Shown: positions 51,379 through 64,000 of the stretch, piece by piece
Position numbering within the stretch: the first letter of the stretch is position 1
Layout: the number at the start of each line of letters is the position of its first letter
Source of the DNA: Flaccisagitta enflata
Lineage: Eukaryota
Length of the DNA stretch: 64,000 nt
Reading direction: 5' to 3'
Assembly: GCA_965153355.1 (NCBI GenBank)
Contig: OZ231126.1
Coordinates: 49,786,001 to 49,850,000 of the forward strand
Position numbers and translations under genes: made by a program
Notes under the pieces: generated by a model
The model's input: the letters and a program-made list of their open reading frames with translations, nothing else
The model's database searches: none
What the model was told of the DNA's origin: nothing

Positions 51379-52870
51379 CACCAGCTTATCCGTAGCAAAG
51401 AGCATCGGCACTGGATGTTGGCTTGTCACGTTCTTATCGGTCATCGAACGCCTTTTCGGGTTCGTAAACAAATTCTTACCGCCTGAATTATTTACCAATT
51501 TGTGTTCGTGAAAATGCCTTTCATGATCAAAAACATGCGGATTTCTGACTTTTGACAAAAAGTTAACATGGACAGCTTGGACATGTTATAATTGTTTAAG
51601 TATTTAAGCAGTGGTTTCATGCTTTCACTGGAATCACAAAATCATTTTAAAAAAAATCTCGCGTTGGCCGTCAGAAGATTTACACCATTTGACATAGATA
51701 TGCTCCCTTTATGACATATCTTTATTTTCATTTTTTTTTAACATTCGCGGACACTTTTAGATTTCTAGTTTCGCACATATCCTTTTCAGAGGAATCTCGA
51801 TATTTTTGCCATAAATTGCGCACTGTGGGCCAGTGTAGAGTGATTTGCCAAACCAGAAAGCCAACGGCTCACTCTTTTGACAGATAATGAGCGATATCAG
51901 CTACCGCGCTGCACGTGCAATACCGTCAATTCCGTTCACCATCTCTGGCTTTCTAAGCGCGCCACATCATACAGAGGATTACGTAACACACGCCTTTTAT
52001 TCGCCTCCATCTAAGCTACGTAGGTTGCCTTTTCGGTGCAATATGGTGTATTGGCGTTTACTCTTTTTTTATTCGCGCGTTACGCAAATCTACACCCCGC
52101 TTTGTCCGTCCGTTCGTCCGTGCATAGGTCTGTTGGTTGGTTGATCAGTCACATTTTTTGGAAAAAAGTCGAAGAAACGAAGTTCTCTTGGCTTTTTTGT
52201 TTGTTGTTTGAAAAAAAGTCGAAAAAACGAAGTTCCTTCAGCTTTTTGAGACCAGCAGAACTTTTTGGAACATGTGTAAAGAAGCGAGCCGCTGGGAGAG
52301 TCTAAAAAGGGGTGTTACCCTGCGCCTTTCAATGACTTAAGAAAAAATTGATCTTTTGAATTTTTTTTTTTGAGCTTAAGTGGAAAGGCATAAACGATTT
52401 CTAACATAAGGAACCATAAGACAACTACTCCCTTCCTCAATATTTCATCAGTTTTTAATATTTAAGCATTTAGTTTACTTATAATTTTGCATCAGAGACT
52501 GTTATGATGAAAAAATCTAATCAAAAAGAAGCGGCGGCATCTTAATTCCAGTATGCTTCCCCTTTTTCTCATGAAGCGCTTGTGGAAGTTGGTCAGTTTT
52601 TGGGGCTGAATGGGACTACGCATCAGACAATACCAATCAAAGCTAAACAATACCCAACTTTTCTCTAAACAAAGCTAAACAATACCAAACTTTTCTCTTT
52701 CAGATGGCGCCATTTTTCCTCATTGTTCGCATTTTTCATACAGATCAGTACATTTCATTGATCCTTATTTCGGGCAATCTGTAACGTAAAAGGAAAGACG
52801 ACATGTTACGGATATTGGCTCTGACTTTTATGACGCTAGCTTTTGAGTCACCTGCTTGCTCAAGGTTTTT

Positions 52871-52965
<95 letters not shown>

Positions 52966-53650
52966 GGGGTAGCCGTTTATCCGGCCTTGTTCTATCACGC
53001 CGTATTCTTCTTTTTGTCTTGTTGTGCTATTATTTGGGCTTTCCACTTTATCACAAACTCTGATGTAAAGTTTTCCCTGAGGTGGATTGTGGTCAGGCAA
53101 CTTGCCATTCGTCATCCCAGACATTTCTAGATGTGTCCGCGTCAGGAACGCATCTCGATAAGAAGGTCCGTCCGCATGTCCGTTCCGCCTCCATTAAAAA
53201 TCGCAGTTTTTGCCATTTTTCAGCCACAGCGATGTCTTATATCTAGCCAGACACTATTTAGGATTAGGATGTTTTGAGAGCTTCTTTTCCATACTCTTTT
53301 TGTCTCCCTGTCTGTCCATCTATCCCTCTATACATCTCACGTGCATGTCTACCGCTTAAGTCAATACACTCAGAGACTCAGTCAGGACGCATCGTTGCCT
53401 GGCCGGGCTTGTTTAAGATACACATATATTGCAAATCCATAATGATGAAAGCCCGAGGATTCCGATAGATGTCCTTTTACTAGTGACATGTTGATTGGAT
53501 TTCCTAAATTCGTAGTAGTTTGTTTGTTAAGTCAAATCGACTCAAATTTACTCTTGGGCGACGCCGGTGAGTTATTTGCAATGTAGCGGAGTTTGCTTTT
53601 TCCTACAGTATGTTTTTTTTTTTCAAATGCAACATTACATGACGACATAA

Positions 53651-54131
53651 CTCTAGAACCAATGAAGATAATCAAATTCTGAAAAAAAAAACCTTAAAGA
53701 GTATGTTCTTGCATTTATCTATGCCAAATTTTAGCAATAGGTGTCAAGTAATTAGGCCTGTATCTGCAATTGAAGACAATTTGTAAATAACACTACATCA
53801 GTTTATTTCCCTTCAATTTCAGATGGAAATCTTAGTTTTTTTAAAATTTTTCAAAAATTCTATATCAATTAGCTGAGAAAATATTTCCAGATATCTGAAA
53901 TTTCACATTCATGGTCTATTTTAAAGAACTGGTATCATTTTTCTAAAAAAAACAATTTCATCCTCCAATTCTACTAAAAAACAGTGACTTGAGCAATTGA
54001 TCTTTTTTCTTCAAATGCAGATTGAAGCCAAACTACTTGACGCCTGTAGCTAATATTACGCACAAATTAATGCAAGAATACACTCTTTAAGGTTTTTTTT
54101 TCAGAATTTGATTATTTTTTTGGTTCTAGAA
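53651..54131. mobile_element. Palindromic MITE inserted in the left TIR of the foldback
   Basis: CTCTAGAACCAA...TTGGTTCTAGAA long inverted ends; segment absent from the right TIR; TSD ambiguous (TA or TWA). Confidence 0.85.
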
Positions 54132-56196
54132 TTACAGTCTATGGACAAAACGGCAATTGCAACTTTTGCTAATCACTGGTAGGATGCTGAGGTGTGATCT
54201 TTTTCAAAATGCAGTCTTATAACTGCCATGTAGAAAATTACTAAGGACTGAAGCAAACTTACAGAAGAACAATTACTACAGAGAGGCCATGTAGTTAAAA
54301 TAAATTTTTTAAAAATTGAAAGCATATGTTGGAATTCAGTCCCAATGCCGGCCAGCAAATGTCAACTACCCCCCGCATGTGTCAACTACCCCCCGCAAGT
54401 GTCGAATACCGCGCCCAAGTGTCGTCTATCCCCGGGCAAGTGTTACCAACCCCTCCATTTGTCCACTACCCCCTGCAAGTGTTAACTACCCCCCGCAAGT
54501 GTCGCCTACCCCTTGCAAGTGTCGACTACCTTTTGCAAGTGTTGATTACCCCCCTACAAGTGTCTACTACCCCCTGCAAGTGTCAACTACCACCCGCAAG
54601 TGTCAACTACCCCTCTGCAAGTGTTGAACACCTCCTTTAAGTGAAGACTACCCCCTGCAAGTGTCGACTATCCCTCAAAGTGTTGACTACCCCCGGAGCG
54701 TGTTGACTACCCCCTGCAAGTGTCAACTACCCCCTCAAATGTTGAATACCCCCAGTAGTGTTGACTACTCTTGCTAACGTCAACTACCCCCCAAGTGTTG
54801 TCTACCCCCCAAAAGTGTGGACTCCCCCCGCAAGTGTCGACTACCCCCCACAAGGGCCGACTACCCCCTGCAAGTGTCAACTACCCCAGAAGTGTGGACT
54901 ACCCCCAGCAAGTGTCAACTCCTCAAGCATTGACTACCCCTTGCAAGTGTTGACTACCCACTGCAAGTGTCCTACCCCCCGCAAGTGTTGACTACCCTCT
55001 GCAAACATTGATTCCCCCCAGGTGTCACTACACCCATAAATGTCGACTACCCCACAAGTGTCAACTACCCCCACAAGTATACCCCCACAGGTATCCAGCA
55101 CCCCCGGCAAGTGTCGACTACCCCCAGCAAGTGTTGACTACCCCTGCAAGAATCAACTACCCCTACAAGGTTGACTACCCCCTCAAATGTTGACTTCCCC
55201 TACAAGTGTTGACTACCCCTACAAGTGTAGACTACCCCCACAAGTGTCGACTTCCCCCACAAGTGTTGTCTACCCCCAAAAGTGTCAACTACCACCTGCG
55301 AGGAAGTTTATACATTTGGGGGTAGTCAACACTTTCAAGGGGTATTTAACACTTGTAGGGGGTAGTCGACATTTGCAGGGGGTAGTTGACATTTGCGGGG
55401 GTAGTAAACACTTATGGGAAGTCATCAACATTTGAGAGGAGTAATCAACACTTGCAGGAGGTAGTTGATTCTTGCCAGGGGTAGTCAACACTTACCAGGG
55501 GTTGTTGACACTTGCCGGGGGTGGTCTACACTTCAAAGGGGAGTTGAAAATAGCTAGGGGTAGTCTACACTTTTGAGGGGTAGTCAGCACTTGCAGGGTA
55601 GTCAACACTTGGAGGAGTTGAAACTGCCGGGAGTAGTCTACACTTTGGGGGTAGTATACACTTGCAGGGGGTAGTATACACTTGCAGGGGGTAGTAGACA
55701 CTTGCAGGGGGAAGTCGACACTTGAAGGGGGTAGTTGACACTTGTGCAGGGTGGTCGACACTTGCAGGGGGGTAGTTGACATTTGGGGGGTAGTCAACAC
55801 TTGCAGAGGTGATAGATACTTGCCAGGGGTAGTCAACACTTGCCAGGGGTAGTCGACACTTGCTGGGGGTAATTGACACTCGCAAGGGGTAGTCAACACT
55901 TGCGAGGGGTAGTTTGCACTTGGAGGGGGAATTGACACTTCCCGAGGTAGTCTACACTGTCAAGGGGTAATCAACACTTGCAAGGGGTAGTTGACACTTG
56001 CGGGGGGTAGTCAACACTTGCCAGGGGTAGTCGACACTTGTCGGGGGTAGTCAACACTTGCCAGGGGTAGTCAACTCTTGCAGGGGGTAGTGGGGGTGGT
56101 AGTCAACACTTTTAGGGATAGTTGATACTTTTGAGAGTATTCAACACTTGGGGGGGAGTATTCGACACTTGCAGGGGGTGGTTGACACTTGTAGGG

Positions 56197-56503
56197 TAGG
56201 GTGGTCCGGAATGGGGTCAAATTTCATATATTGATATACTTGAGCCCTTTGCACAAATATCCAATAAAAGAAGGATTTCTCACAAGCTGGGGTGTGAAAT
56301 CAAACAAGAAACCTTGTCGGCAAAACTATAGGGTTGCTATGGGGAGTTTTTTATTGCCATAGGAAGCCTATAGTTTTGCCGCCATGGTTTAATCTTCAAA
56401 CTGAGACCTCTACTTGTGGGAAAACCTTCTTTTTTGGTACATTTAAGCAAAAAACTAGAGTATATCATTTTTTGAAATTTGACCCTATTTCGTGACCACC
56501 CTA
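56197..56503. mobile_element. hAT-like MITE in the right repeat array of the foldback
   Basis: TAGGGTGGTC...GACCACCCTA termini, palindromic body, 8-bp TSD TTGTAGGG/TTGCAGGG (one mismatch). Confidence 0.85.
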
Positions 56504-57745
56504 TTGCAGGGGGTAGTGGGGGTGGTAGTCAACACTTTTAGGGATAGTTGACACTTTTGAGAGTATTCAACACTTGGGGGGGAGTATTCAACACTTGCAG
56601 GGGGTGGTTGACACTTGCAGGGGGTAGTCAACACTTACAGGGGTAGTCAAAACTTACTGGGGGTAGTTGATACTTGCGAGAGGTAGTCGACACTTAAAGG
56701 GGGGTAGTCAACACTTGCGGGGGGTAGTCAACAATTTGGGAGTAGTTGACACTTTTGGGGGGTAGTTGACACTTTCGGGGGGTAGGCAACACTTGTGGGA
56801 GGTATTCAACACTTGTGGGGGGTAGTTAACACTTGCAGCGGGTAGTAGACACTTGCAGGGGGTAGTTGTCACTTGCGAAAGGTAGTCGACACTTGCGAGG
56901 GGTAGTCGACACTTGCGGGGGGTAGTCAACACTTGCAGGGGGTAGTGGACAATTGGAGGGGTAGGTGACACTTGCCCGGGGGTAGACGACACCTGCGGGG
57001 GGGATTTGACACTTGTGGGGGATAGTTGACACTCACGGAGGGTAGTTGACATTTGCTGGCTGGCTTTGCAACTGAATGCCAACATATATGCTTTCAATTT
57101 CTAAAAAGTTCATTTTAACAATTTACATGGCCTCCCTGTAGTAATTGTTCTTCTGTAAGTTTGCTTCAGTCCTTAGTAATTTTCTACATAGCAGTTATAA
57201 GCCTGCATTTTGAAAAAGATCACACCTCAGCATCCTACCAGTGATTAGCAAAAGTTGCGATTGTCGTTTTGTCCATAGACTGATTATGTCGTCATGTAAG
57301 GTTGCATTTGAAAAAAAAAAACATACTGTATAATTAACCAAGTAAATCACCAACTTCATTTTTTCTGACACGTTGCCACACATATACGTCATCGCTTCCT
57401 CAATCCTCATGTTTCTCCTGCTGTTATTGACTCAATTCCTTTACCTCTTTTTTTTCTGTTGCCAATATTTTCTTGTTGCTTTCTCATCGCTCTCGGCTGT
57501 GTTTATTTGCGGTGTTTGTTTTCATCTTGAGGAAGAAGAAGAAGATTCTCCTCGTCTTTCCATTCTGTTTTATTTTGCGGTTCTGCCAATTTTGTCAGCG
57601 TCTGTCAGTTTCTGCGACTGCGATTGTCGACGATTCTGACGTTTTATGTCATGGCCTCCTTTTGTTTTGCGCGGAAAGATTGAAACGTTGAATCTATCGG
57701 CGATTTATTCAGCCGGAAAAAAACCGCGCAATGATACAAAAGAAT

Positions 57746-57957
57746 AACAAGGCCAACGCCTATAAGTCGCGTGCGAGACTTACAGATTGACTTTAAATGA
57801 CTTAGAATGACTGAGAATAACTTGGTATACCCTGAAATGACTTAAAGAAATAAAATTGATGAAAAAAGTAGAAGTGTGACGGACCGACAGACTGACCGAC
57901 AGACCGACGGACGAACGGACGGACAGACAAAGCGGGGTAAAAAAAAAGCGACTAAAA
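57746..57957 (-). mobile_element. HINE-like copy (others at 58718-58922 and 60340-60540 on +)
   Basis: AACAAGGCCAACGCCTATAAGTCGCGTGCG...GACCGAC repeats...GCGACTAAAAA. Confidence 0.75.
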
Positions 57958-58008
57958 ACAGAGAGAGAAAAAAAGCGTAAAAAAAAGGAAGAAAATAAAG
58001 CAAACAAG

Positions 58009-58185
58009 TACAGTTACACGCCGCTATAACGGATCCAAGAGCAACGAAATTGCGCTTATAGCGGATGTAAAACTTGGGTCCTTTCAATTCGTTTACTTTG
58101 GATTTCTTTATTAGCGATAACATTATGACAGAAATCCGCCTAAAATAGATCAAATTTGTTGGTCTCTTGGAATCCGTTATTGTGA
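58009..58185. mobile_element. pogo/Tigger-like MITE remnant (related pieces at 27591-27652 and ~59430-59619)
   Basis: TACAGT start, and internal inverted ATAACGGATCCAAGAG / CTCTTGGAATCCGTTAT. Confidence 0.5.
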
Positions 58186-59158
58186 CCTTTTTGTGGGGTT
58201 TAACGGTTTGAAAAAAAAAGCAAAATAAAAATCTCGAACAAACGCATGAAAACAGGAGCAGTCAATTAACACGTGTTTCCCGTCGTCTTTTTATATCATT
58301 CCAAACGTCCTACTGTTACATGAAAAGCTGACGAACATGCTACGATGTACACGTTGTAAAGGACAAATCGTTCTGCATATCTTGTTCAATGATACATGCT
58401 GCTACACGTTACACGCTACATGTGCCTCTTTTTAGTCGCGTGCTACGCGACTCTACACCCCGCTATGCATTCAGAACTTTTGATTTCGCCGCCTTTCTCT
58501 GGTCTAATATTCCATCAAAACATTCTCTGTTATTGAATAAAAAGAGAACAATTATCTTAAACATCAACGAGTGATGTTAGATAGAAGAACAAAGTCGTTG
58601 TCTTTAAGGGGATTTCATCTAAAATCGTTTTCACTCTTAACTTAATAGAAAGAAATAAGAAAAACACAAAACAAAGAAAATTCTCAACTTCATGGAATAT
58701 GCAGGGTAAGACCCCTTTTTAGCTTCTCCCAGCGGCACGAGTTTTTAATCATGTCGGTCCGTAGGTTGGTCGGTCGGTCTGTCCCCTTTTTACTTTTTCG
58801 GCGTTTTTTTGCTTTTGAGCTCACCGCTCCCGCCCAAATGCCCAAGACCCCCAACTGACTTTTTCTATCAATGCCTCTACCCACCCGCACGCGACTGGGG
58901 TAGCCGTGAATCCGGCCTTGTTCCTTTCCTCACCACTCGTCGTGGTTTAAGCCCCAGAAGACAAATTGTGAGAATAACGAAGATGGAATATCGACGATAA
59001 CAAATTCACGGATTCATTAGTCACGGTTTTCTTCATCACCAAGAAAGGCTTTGCCAGCCTACCAACCAGTTTCCTTTCCATTTCCTCTCGATTTGCAATG
59101 ATAGTTTTCTTTATGCTCTTCGTTTGTTTCTCTGTCTCTGTCTCTGTCTCTCTGTCTA

Positions 59159-59190
<32 letters not shown>

Positions 59191-59253
59191 GTCTCTCTGT
59201 CTCTCTGTCTCTGTCTCTGTCTGTCTCTCTCATTCTCTCTCTTTCTCTCTCCT

Positions 59254-59319
<66 letters not shown>

Positions 59320-60212
59320 TGCCCCAGCCCACCCGTATTTCTGCCCCTGCCCACCCGAAAGCGGCAACCTACATGTATTGGCCGTGGATCCGGTCTTGTT
59401 CAATATATGATTACTTGTCGCTATGAAGGAAATTCAACAATAAAGGATCACTCCAATAAACTCCAAGGGACTAATAAAACATTTCGTTTTAGACATTTTG
59501 CTTTATAGCATAGTATAATCTACAGACTTCGTCAAAAAAAAGAATCTAAGATGGTACTCATAATACTTATTTCTTTACCGGCAAAATTTCGTTGCAAGCG
59601 TGAACGTTATTTGACTGTACTTCAAAAAAATCCCTCTTTTCCTTTTTTCCCGCGATTCATTTTTTCATGTCAAGATTTTTGATCCATCATAAATTCTGTA
59701 TCGTAACCCCTTTAAACTCCGCATGAAAGGTTTTTTGCATCAACCGCGTCAAAAGAAAACGGAAAACTCATGAGCAGGAAATCACTTCACTGCAAGAGCT
59801 TAGTTTTGGGGTATTACCCTACACTTCCAGAAATGTTTTGGTCAAGCGGTTTTTTAATTTTCAGACGGAAGAATAGATGAAAAATAATTTTTGGCGGTTC
59901 TTACAGCAAGCTTTTTTGTGCTCTTTTTCTTTCTATTTTTCAGCAGACTTTTCTATTCATAGTTTTCTTAATAACTCATTGGGGAACTTTGTTTACAAAA
60001 GAAATCAAGGAGTAGAATGCCATGGAAACCACCGGACACAACTTCATCAAGTGCCTTTGATTGGAATTCGGAACAGTGTAGTGTGCTCTACCCAACAAAT
60101 TCTGTGACAAATAGGGAAAAAAATATTTGAAAGATTTCTGTATGGTTGTAGGACTAAAGGTGAAATGCAAGAAATATACAATAGTATCTATATCATTATT
60201 TTTTTATGTGTT

Positions 60213-60342
<130 letters not shown>

Positions 60343-61037
60343 CTAGGCGCGTAATACGCGACTATACAACCCGCTGTGTCGGTCCGTCCGTCCGTCCATC
60401 CGTCCATCCGTCACACTTTACTTTTTGGGGGTTTTTGCGGTTTTTGGCCTCACCGTTCCTGCCCAAATGATATGGTGACCTCAATTACAGCCCCTGCCCA
60501 CCCGCACGCGACTGGGGTAGCCGTGTATCCGGCCTTGTTGAAGAAGAAGAGTGCAACAATGCAACTATTATGGCGTAAAAAATGATGAAGAAGTATAATT
60601 GGCCTCATAAATCATCAAATCTGGGACCACCGTTTGCAATATTCCTCGTCCAGGAAGAACCATTTCTAGAAATGTTATTAACGATAAATCGATTATGACT
60701 TTTTACCGATTTTTTTTTACCATTCAACCATTCAATTGTTGTTTTGATCCATACCCAACATGTATAACCCATTTTAGACGCGGTCTTTCTATATTTTCTC
60801 TACACCCAAACATTGTTCCATCATGAACATCTTGAAACTTAAGTTTCTCGCCTTCATTGGACAATTCTATTGCCGGACTCAGAATTTAATTCAAATTCTT
60901 CCAGGCAAATATGCCTTTAATCATTGTCCCTTTACTGCTTATTGATGTTTGCGCACCCTCGCTGCCACTTATTTCCTGTCATGTGGCTCCCCTTCACCCC
61001 TTTTCATTCTCTTAAACCGAACGTCTGATTTCAAAAA

Positions 61038-61112
61038 GGGAAACTTGCTCAGATTCGAACTGGCAACCTGAAAGTTTCAAGTCATGCATCATAACCAATA
61101 AGCCACGGCGCC
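61038..61112 (-). pseudogene. tRNA-derived sequence (SINE head or pseudo-tRNA)
   Basis: GGCGCCGTGGCTTATTGG (A box), AGTTCGAATC (B box), 75 nt long and followed by TTTTT; the acceptor stem does not pair. Confidence 0.6.
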
Positions 61113-61620
61113 AATCTGCCTTAGTTGAGAAATAAAAGATGACTGTTTCCTAATGATCAACATTCAGATTTGGAGCGCAGAAATTGTCCCGTGCGCTGTT
61201 CTGAATCAAAACTCATCGTCACTTTTTTCATGTAAACTTTGACAGGCCACAACTCAAAAACGAATTGTCCGATTAACTTGATTTTTTGTATGGTAACATC
61301 CTTTGACCTTGTCTTCTATAATGTAAAATTTCAGGTACTTTTGAGAAGTCAAACCACCTCAACTATGCTAACTTCTTAAAAATTCGAACTTGTGTAGCTT
61401 TACAAATTTTGTATGAAATTTTCTAAAATTTTACATAAGTAATCATCCAACTCCTTGATATATCCTGAGTACGTTGTACAGCGATCAAGCAATAACTTTG
61501 GCGGTAATCGTATCAAACATTTTTTTTTCAAAGTGACAAATGTAATATTTTTAGTTTTTTTTTATTATGGCGGCATGTGATGCGTTACAGCCACGTGTGT
61601 CACGTTTTCTCTACATATGA

Positions 61621-62335
61621 CGGCCTCAACGACCTAATCCCGGCCTCAACGACCTAATCCCGGCCTCAACGACCTAATCCCGGCCTAAATGACCTAATCC
61701 CGGCCTCAACGACCTAATCCCGGCCTCAACGACCTAATCCCGGCCTCAACGACCTAATCCCAGCCTCAACGACCTAATCCCGGCCTCAACGACCTAATCC
61801 CAGCCTCAACGACCTAATCCCGGCCTCAACGACCTAATCCCGGCCTCAACGACCTAATCCCAGCCTCAACGACCTAATCCCGGCCTCAACGACCTAATCC
61901 CGGCCTCAACGACCTAATCCCGGCCTCAACGACCTATTCCCGGCCTCAACGACCTAATCCCGGCCTCAATGACCTAATCCCGGCTTCAATGACCTAATCC
62001 CGGCCTCAACAACCAAATCCCTGCCTCAACAACCTAATCCCTGCCCCAACGACCTAATCCCTGCCCCAACGACCTAATTCCTTGCCTCAACGACCTAATC
62101 CCTGCCTCAACGACCTAATCCCAACCTCAATGAATAAATCTCGACCTCAACCACCAAAACCCAACCTAATCCCAGTCTTAATGACCTAATCCTGGCGTCA
62201 ACAACCTAATCCCAGCCTTAGCGAGCTTATCAAGACCTCAGCATCTTATTGAGGCCACAGCAACCTAATCGCGGCCTGAGCGACCTAATTGCGGCCTAGA
62301 AGACCTAATCCTGGCCTCAGCGACCAAATTGTGGC
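61621..62335 (+). repeat. 20-bp minisatellite CGGCCTCAACGACCTAATCC
   Basis: About 20 near-perfect units followed by progressive decay. Confidence 0.97.
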
Positions 62336-62393
62336 CACATCTTAATGACAGACTCATCAATTTAACTGTGCAGCGGAGTTGTTACCCGAAGAC

Positions 62394-62688
62394 TTTTAGT
62401 CGCGGACACACGACTACACCTTGCCGTGTCGGTTGGTCCGTCCGTCGGTCCCTCTGCAATATTTTTAGTTATAGACACCCAGCTCTATAAGAGGCTTTGT
62501 CTGTCCATCGGTCTGTTCGTCTGTGGTGATCGAGTTGGAAAGTCTGAAAATGCGCATTTTTGCCCCTGCCCACCCGTCCGCAACTGGTATTGGCCGTGTA
62601 TCTGGCCTTGTTGAATTGCAATCGGTTTTTTGCAATATTGCTCCTGCCCAACTATCCGCGACTGGATTGCCATGTATCTGGCCTTGTT
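62394..62688 (+). mobile_element. HINE-like copy containing a second nested HINE (~62466-62611)
   Basis: Two 5' ends and two GGCCTTGTT 3' ends; the outer copy aligns with the uninterrupted copy at 29328-29493. Confidence 0.75.
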
Positions 62689-63114
62689 AACTTAGTCATG
62701 GTATGGGCCTCAGTTTAGTGCAGTGATCAAACAAAGATGAAGCATTTGCGGAGATAAGATCCATAAAATAAGTTTCTACAAGAAGCAGAATTTTAACGAT
62801 CATTTGAAGAAAAAAAATTGAACAAATACATTCATCTTTAACATTGTCCTCATGCTCTATAATAATTGTTTAGCTTCATTGTCCTTCTTTTCTTTTCCTT
62901 TTATGTTCCTTTCCTTTATCATTGTTATTCGTCTCCTCTTCTTCATTGTTTTTTTCCATCAATTCATTGTTGTCATTTTTCTTTTTCTCTTTTTCGTCGT
63001 TTTATCCCTTCGGCTTCAGTGTCATTGTTTTTCCCTTCTACTGCTGTTGTTCAACTTCATTATCATTGTTATTTTCCTTCTTCGTCGTCGTTCTTCACTT
63101 TCACCGTCGCTGTT

Positions 63115-63435
63115 CTTCTTCTTCAGCTTCGTTCTCCTTCAGGATGGTCGTCGTTCTCCTTCAGCCTCATCGTCGTTCTCCTTAAGCCTCGTCGTCGTTC
63201 TCCTTTAGCCTCGCCGTCGTTCTCCTTCAGCCTTGTCGTCGTTCTCCTTCAGCCTCGTCGTCGTTCTCCTTCAGCCTCGTTGTCGTTCTCCTTCAGCCTC
63301 GTCGTCGTTCTCCTTCAGCCTCGTCGTCGTTCTCCTTCAGCCTCGTCGTCGTTCTCCTTCAGCCTTGTTATCATTCTTCTTCAGCATCGTCGTTGTTCTT
63401 CAGCATCCTTGTTGTTCATCTTCAGCATCTTTGTC
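63115..63435 (+). repeat. 22-bp minisatellite TTCAGCCTCGTCGTCGTTCTCC
   Basis: About 10 good tandem units with degenerate edges. Confidence 0.92.
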
Positions 63436-64000
63436 TTTCTTTCATTAGTTGTTTTTGTCCTTTTCCTTCATTGTCGCTGTGTATACCGGGCCAAATAACT
63501 TCTGGAATGTATCATTATTGAAAATACCAGTATTGTGCACAATTAAAGTTGATTCTGACGTCATATGGCTCACTGTTTGAGTATTATGAAACTAGTACTC
63601 CATGAGTTCTTTTTTTCCAAACGCTTGGAGACGAAGAATATTCATCTTACCTTGCTATAAAAAATTCCTGAGGTAGGAAACACTTCTCGCCGTTTCTCCG
63701 CCAAAGTTCCCCATGATAGGACCAAAAGAAATCAAGTAATGAAAAAAATGAGAAAAAAATAGAATCTCCGATCAGCGTCTTTGCAGTAAATTGATGCTTG
63801 CGGATATAAGATTCATCTACAACCATTTTCTCTTGATCATTGCTCGAAATCCCTGATGCATGTTTTCATACAATCTTTCGTACTATCACCATTTCTACCT
63901 GAGGACGCATCCATGTCAACCATAAATGTGATTTGGTTGAGAACATTTTCCTTCTCGTTCCTTCCTGATTCTTTTTTTCGTCTCTTCTTTTTTCTCTCCT

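Larger units (their letters stand above)
53606..57328. mobile_element. Non-autonomous foldback-type DNA transposon with TA TSD
   Basis: TA-CAGTATGTTTT...AAAACATACTG-TA. The ~270-bp unique inverted ends (53606-53650 plus 54135-54360 vs 57050-57328) lead into opposed ~20-bp arrays (GTGTCAACTACCCCCGCAA-like) that flip near 55300. Confidence 0.9.

Noticed and set aside
54316..57097. Pro/Cys/Thr-rich ORFs resembling mucins
   Set aside because: They come from the ~20-bp arrays of the foldback and occur in several frames on both strands
61038..61112. Functional tRNA gene
   Set aside because: Acceptor and anticodon stems do not pair

Overview
Eukaryotic (probably invertebrate animal) DNA that is very rich in repeats, with no prokaryotic features. 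(1) A spliced minus-strand gene (44068 to ~37565, nine GT-AG exons, ~400 aa traced) encodes a divergent DAO/DadA-like FAD oxidoreductase with a possible mitochondrial presequence. I cannot trace it past exon 9, and exons 6-9 recur as a ~1.3 kb inverted copy at 27880-29187. (2) Between the two arms lies a near full-length, slightly disabled RTEX-like LINE (29986-35497) inside (CT)n. Its ORF1 has SAP-like, coiled-coil and SGNH esterase regions; its ORF2 (APE, RT with WVDD, CCHC) follows in the same frame after one TGA. (3) An ~8 kb 88-bp satellite has a constant-core/variable-segment layout and higher-order order. (4) A 3.7 kb foldback element carries two nested MITEs, and there are several other nested MITEs. 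(5) About 15-20 DINE-1/HINE-like non-autonomous Helentron copies are present, one swollen by internal 10-bp arrays. Other exon-like islands are low confidence, and most long ORFs in the track are microsatellite artefacts. Some indel-rich stretches may be consensus error.
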